A DNA stretch of 63,982 bases from Sphyrna mokarran. Taxonomy: Eukaryota. The stretch covers positions 6,882,019-6,946,000 of the forward strand of contig JAGIQG010000040.1 in NCBI GenBank assembly GCA_024679065.1. Direction: 5' to 3'. The stretch's first letter is position 1. Every line of letters starts with the position of its first letter. The notes beneath the pieces were generated by a model, which did not search any database, was not told the origin of the DNA, and was given only the letters and a program-made list of their open reading frames with translations. Both the position numbers and the translations under genes were made by a program. Below are positions 61,722-63,982 of the stretch, piece by piece.

Positions 61722-63609
61722 GGTTTTGACTTTTCTAAAAGGTCATTCCAAAGATTGATTATTCTTTGTATAGAGACGTTCAATTTAACATCAGTGATTA
61801 ATATCACTGGAGGAAGGTATATAGTAGATTTTCCAAGTAACATATTCCAGGTGGTCTATTTCCCTTGGCATTTAATAAGGACTTAGAATGTGATTTAATT
61901 AGTCTAAATTTTGAAATAGATAGATTATGCAACAACAAAATATTGTGGCATTTTTAAATGGACAGCACGTGTTCTGAAGAGCACCTAGCAATATTGTTTG
62001 GAATGTGTAGTCATGTGGCAGGATGAGTTCATTGTAGAGACGTTTGAAGTGTCAGTTTTTAGTAGGAAGAATGAGGGACAACCAAAACAATTAAGCTTAC
62101 TGCTCTGAATAGAATGCAGGCTCAGAGGGACCTGAACACAGACCTACAGAAACTAATGTATGAAATAGGGTAAGATGATTAAGCGGGTAACTGGAAATTT
62201 CATCAATGTTTGGTACACAATTTCGTAAGGATGAGAAGCTACAATGTAAACATGAAGAAACAGTTTATTGGAATGAATCTCCGAGTCAGGTACTTCAGCT
62301 GCACCCATCATTTCGTTCCTTTATATCTCGCCTGAATATTCTGAATTCCTGAATATCTCGCCTTCTGAAAACTAATTCAATTAATGGTTTTGGAAAAAAA
62401 AGTTGGTCATCGGATAAGGGCATGTCTGGGTGTGCAAGCTTTGATTAATTAATTGCTGCCATTAAGGAGGTAGTGATGAGTTACCTTATAGAACGGTTGC
62501 ATTCCGCCTGGATTTGGAACACATCGGGCAGGGTTTTCCCTTCCCACTGACTGGTCGAGTAGCATGGCATTGCGAGAAAAGAGTGAGATTAGAAAGGGAG
62601 TTCCAGGATTTGAACCAGCAACGGCAACGAAACAAGGATAAGGGACTAAGTGGTGATCGTTGTCTCTGTGGTAGAAACACACTGAGATGTGCAATGGAGT
62701 TAACACTTTTTATTTAACAATCCTAAAAGCCTAAGCATAAGTGATCGTCACCTTCAATTTTTGATGCACCAAACTTCAAACAAGAGAAATATCAAATACT
62801 TGTTTGTCCTCCCAAGAGATTTCTTTATCTTTGCCTTTCAATGCAAATATCCTTCATTTTCAAACATTCAGAAAGCTTAGGCTCCATTTATCCTCGTAGC
62901 GCATTCATCACATCAGAAAAATCTCCCTTGCGATCCTTTGTTTCAAGATAGGACAGTACAAATTTTCTGAGAAACGGAAACCAGAACGTTGCAGAGTAAT
63001 ACAACTGCGGTCAGGTCCAGCAAAGTAAACTTCGAAATAATCCAACTGATTTAACTGGCAGCAATTTGTCAATTGGTTGAGCTGCAGATTTCCACCTGGA
63101 TTTGGAAAGGAGTCACGCTTTTGAAAGCCGCGAGCCAATGAATTGGTCACCAGCATGAAAAAAAACGCCAACTCTCTGAAGTTGTTCCAACCTTTCCATT
63201 CTCCTCTGTGCATCGTCAATTTTAATCGCTACATTATTGGGCTTTCAATTATCAGAGTTTAATCTCTGTAATTTTTTTCCAATAGCTCTCCAGATCTCTA
63301 CTCCCTTTCCCTGCTTCAAGGTGATATGTAGTAATTATTAACAGTGATGTGGGAAATAAAGTCTGATTGCTACGATTACTGCAATTACTCTGAGCTACAC
63401 AGATGAAGGGGTTTCATTATATTTTCCCATTACAGTGTGCAAATGTATTATGTATTTTGCTGGAGGTAGTGTCACTGTGTCTGAAAACATCTAGCCGTCT
63501 CCAGCTTTTATACCTCGTATGTCCCTGCAGCTTGTCCGTCCAGGAAAATATTATAGAATATTCTTACCACATGCACCGGAAGACCACAAAAAGACACACG
63601 AAATGATCG

Positions 63610-63982
63610 GCCCCATGGGAAAGTGCAAGGCTCTCCTTTTTGGAAGGAGAAATGGAGTCATAGACTATTTTCTAAATGGGGAAATACTTAGGAAACCAGA
63701 AATACAAAGAGACGTTGGAATGCTTGCTCCAAATTCTCGTAAGTTTAACGTTGAAGATTTCAGTTGGTAGTTTGGAAAGCAAATGTAATGTTAGCATTCA
63801 TGTCGAGAGGGCTCGAGCATAACAGCAGGCATGCACTGAGGCTGGATGAGGCTCTTGTCAGACCCCATTTGGGAAAGTATAAGCAGTTTTGAGCCCCGGT
63901 CCAGAGGATGTTCACGAAAATGTTCCCAGAACGAAGAGCTTAACATGGATTTGAGTCTGTATTAATTAGAGTTTTGAAGGAT
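63610..63982 (+). mobile_element. Decayed CR1 fragment
   Basis: GKCKALLFGRRN..YFLNGE..QRDVG in ORF 63519-63770. Confidence 0.7.

Noticed and set aside
60689-61843. 384-aa ORF as a domesticated RT fusion gene
   Set aside because: Truncated young CR1 fortuitously in frame with flanking DNA. Starts at a non-ATG-supported context with no splice evidence.

Overview
Eukaryotic, repeat-rich genomic DNA from a cartilaginous fish (shark-type HE1/V-SINEs, CR1 LINEs with (ATGTTCT)n tails, Penelope elements). The + strand carries the 3' half of an immunoglobulin heavy-chain cluster that best fits IgW. It has four Ig C1-set exons (1469-1768, 1857-2174, 10677-10991, 11412-11809 with secretory tailpiece), homologous to IgW CH3-CH6 / IgNAR C2-C5. 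It also has a candidate interspersed Cys-rich secretory exon (9237-9310), a TM1 exon (21595-21752), candidate cytoplasmic micro-exons (23199-23210, 30311-30319) and a terminal VK-stop exon (30541-30549). The V/D/J segments and first C exons lie upstream of the window, so domain numbering is inferred. Most notable observations: (1) the interspersed secretory exon is read in an alternative frame of an old CR1 LINE, an apparent exonisation. (2) A full-length, decayed R2-A-type retrotransposon lies outside rDNA in a TM intron, still carrying an HDV-like ribozyme and 28S target relics at both ends. (3) A 3'-UTR/SINE module is shared between that R2 and a CR1 family. (4) A U2-snRNA-headed short retroposon contains an octamer motif. 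(5) The terminal tailpiece Cys is no longer penultimate. Positions ~32.3-64 kb are intergenic and transposon-dominated; I found no further host gene there. All alignments were done by eye, and repeat boundaries are approximate.
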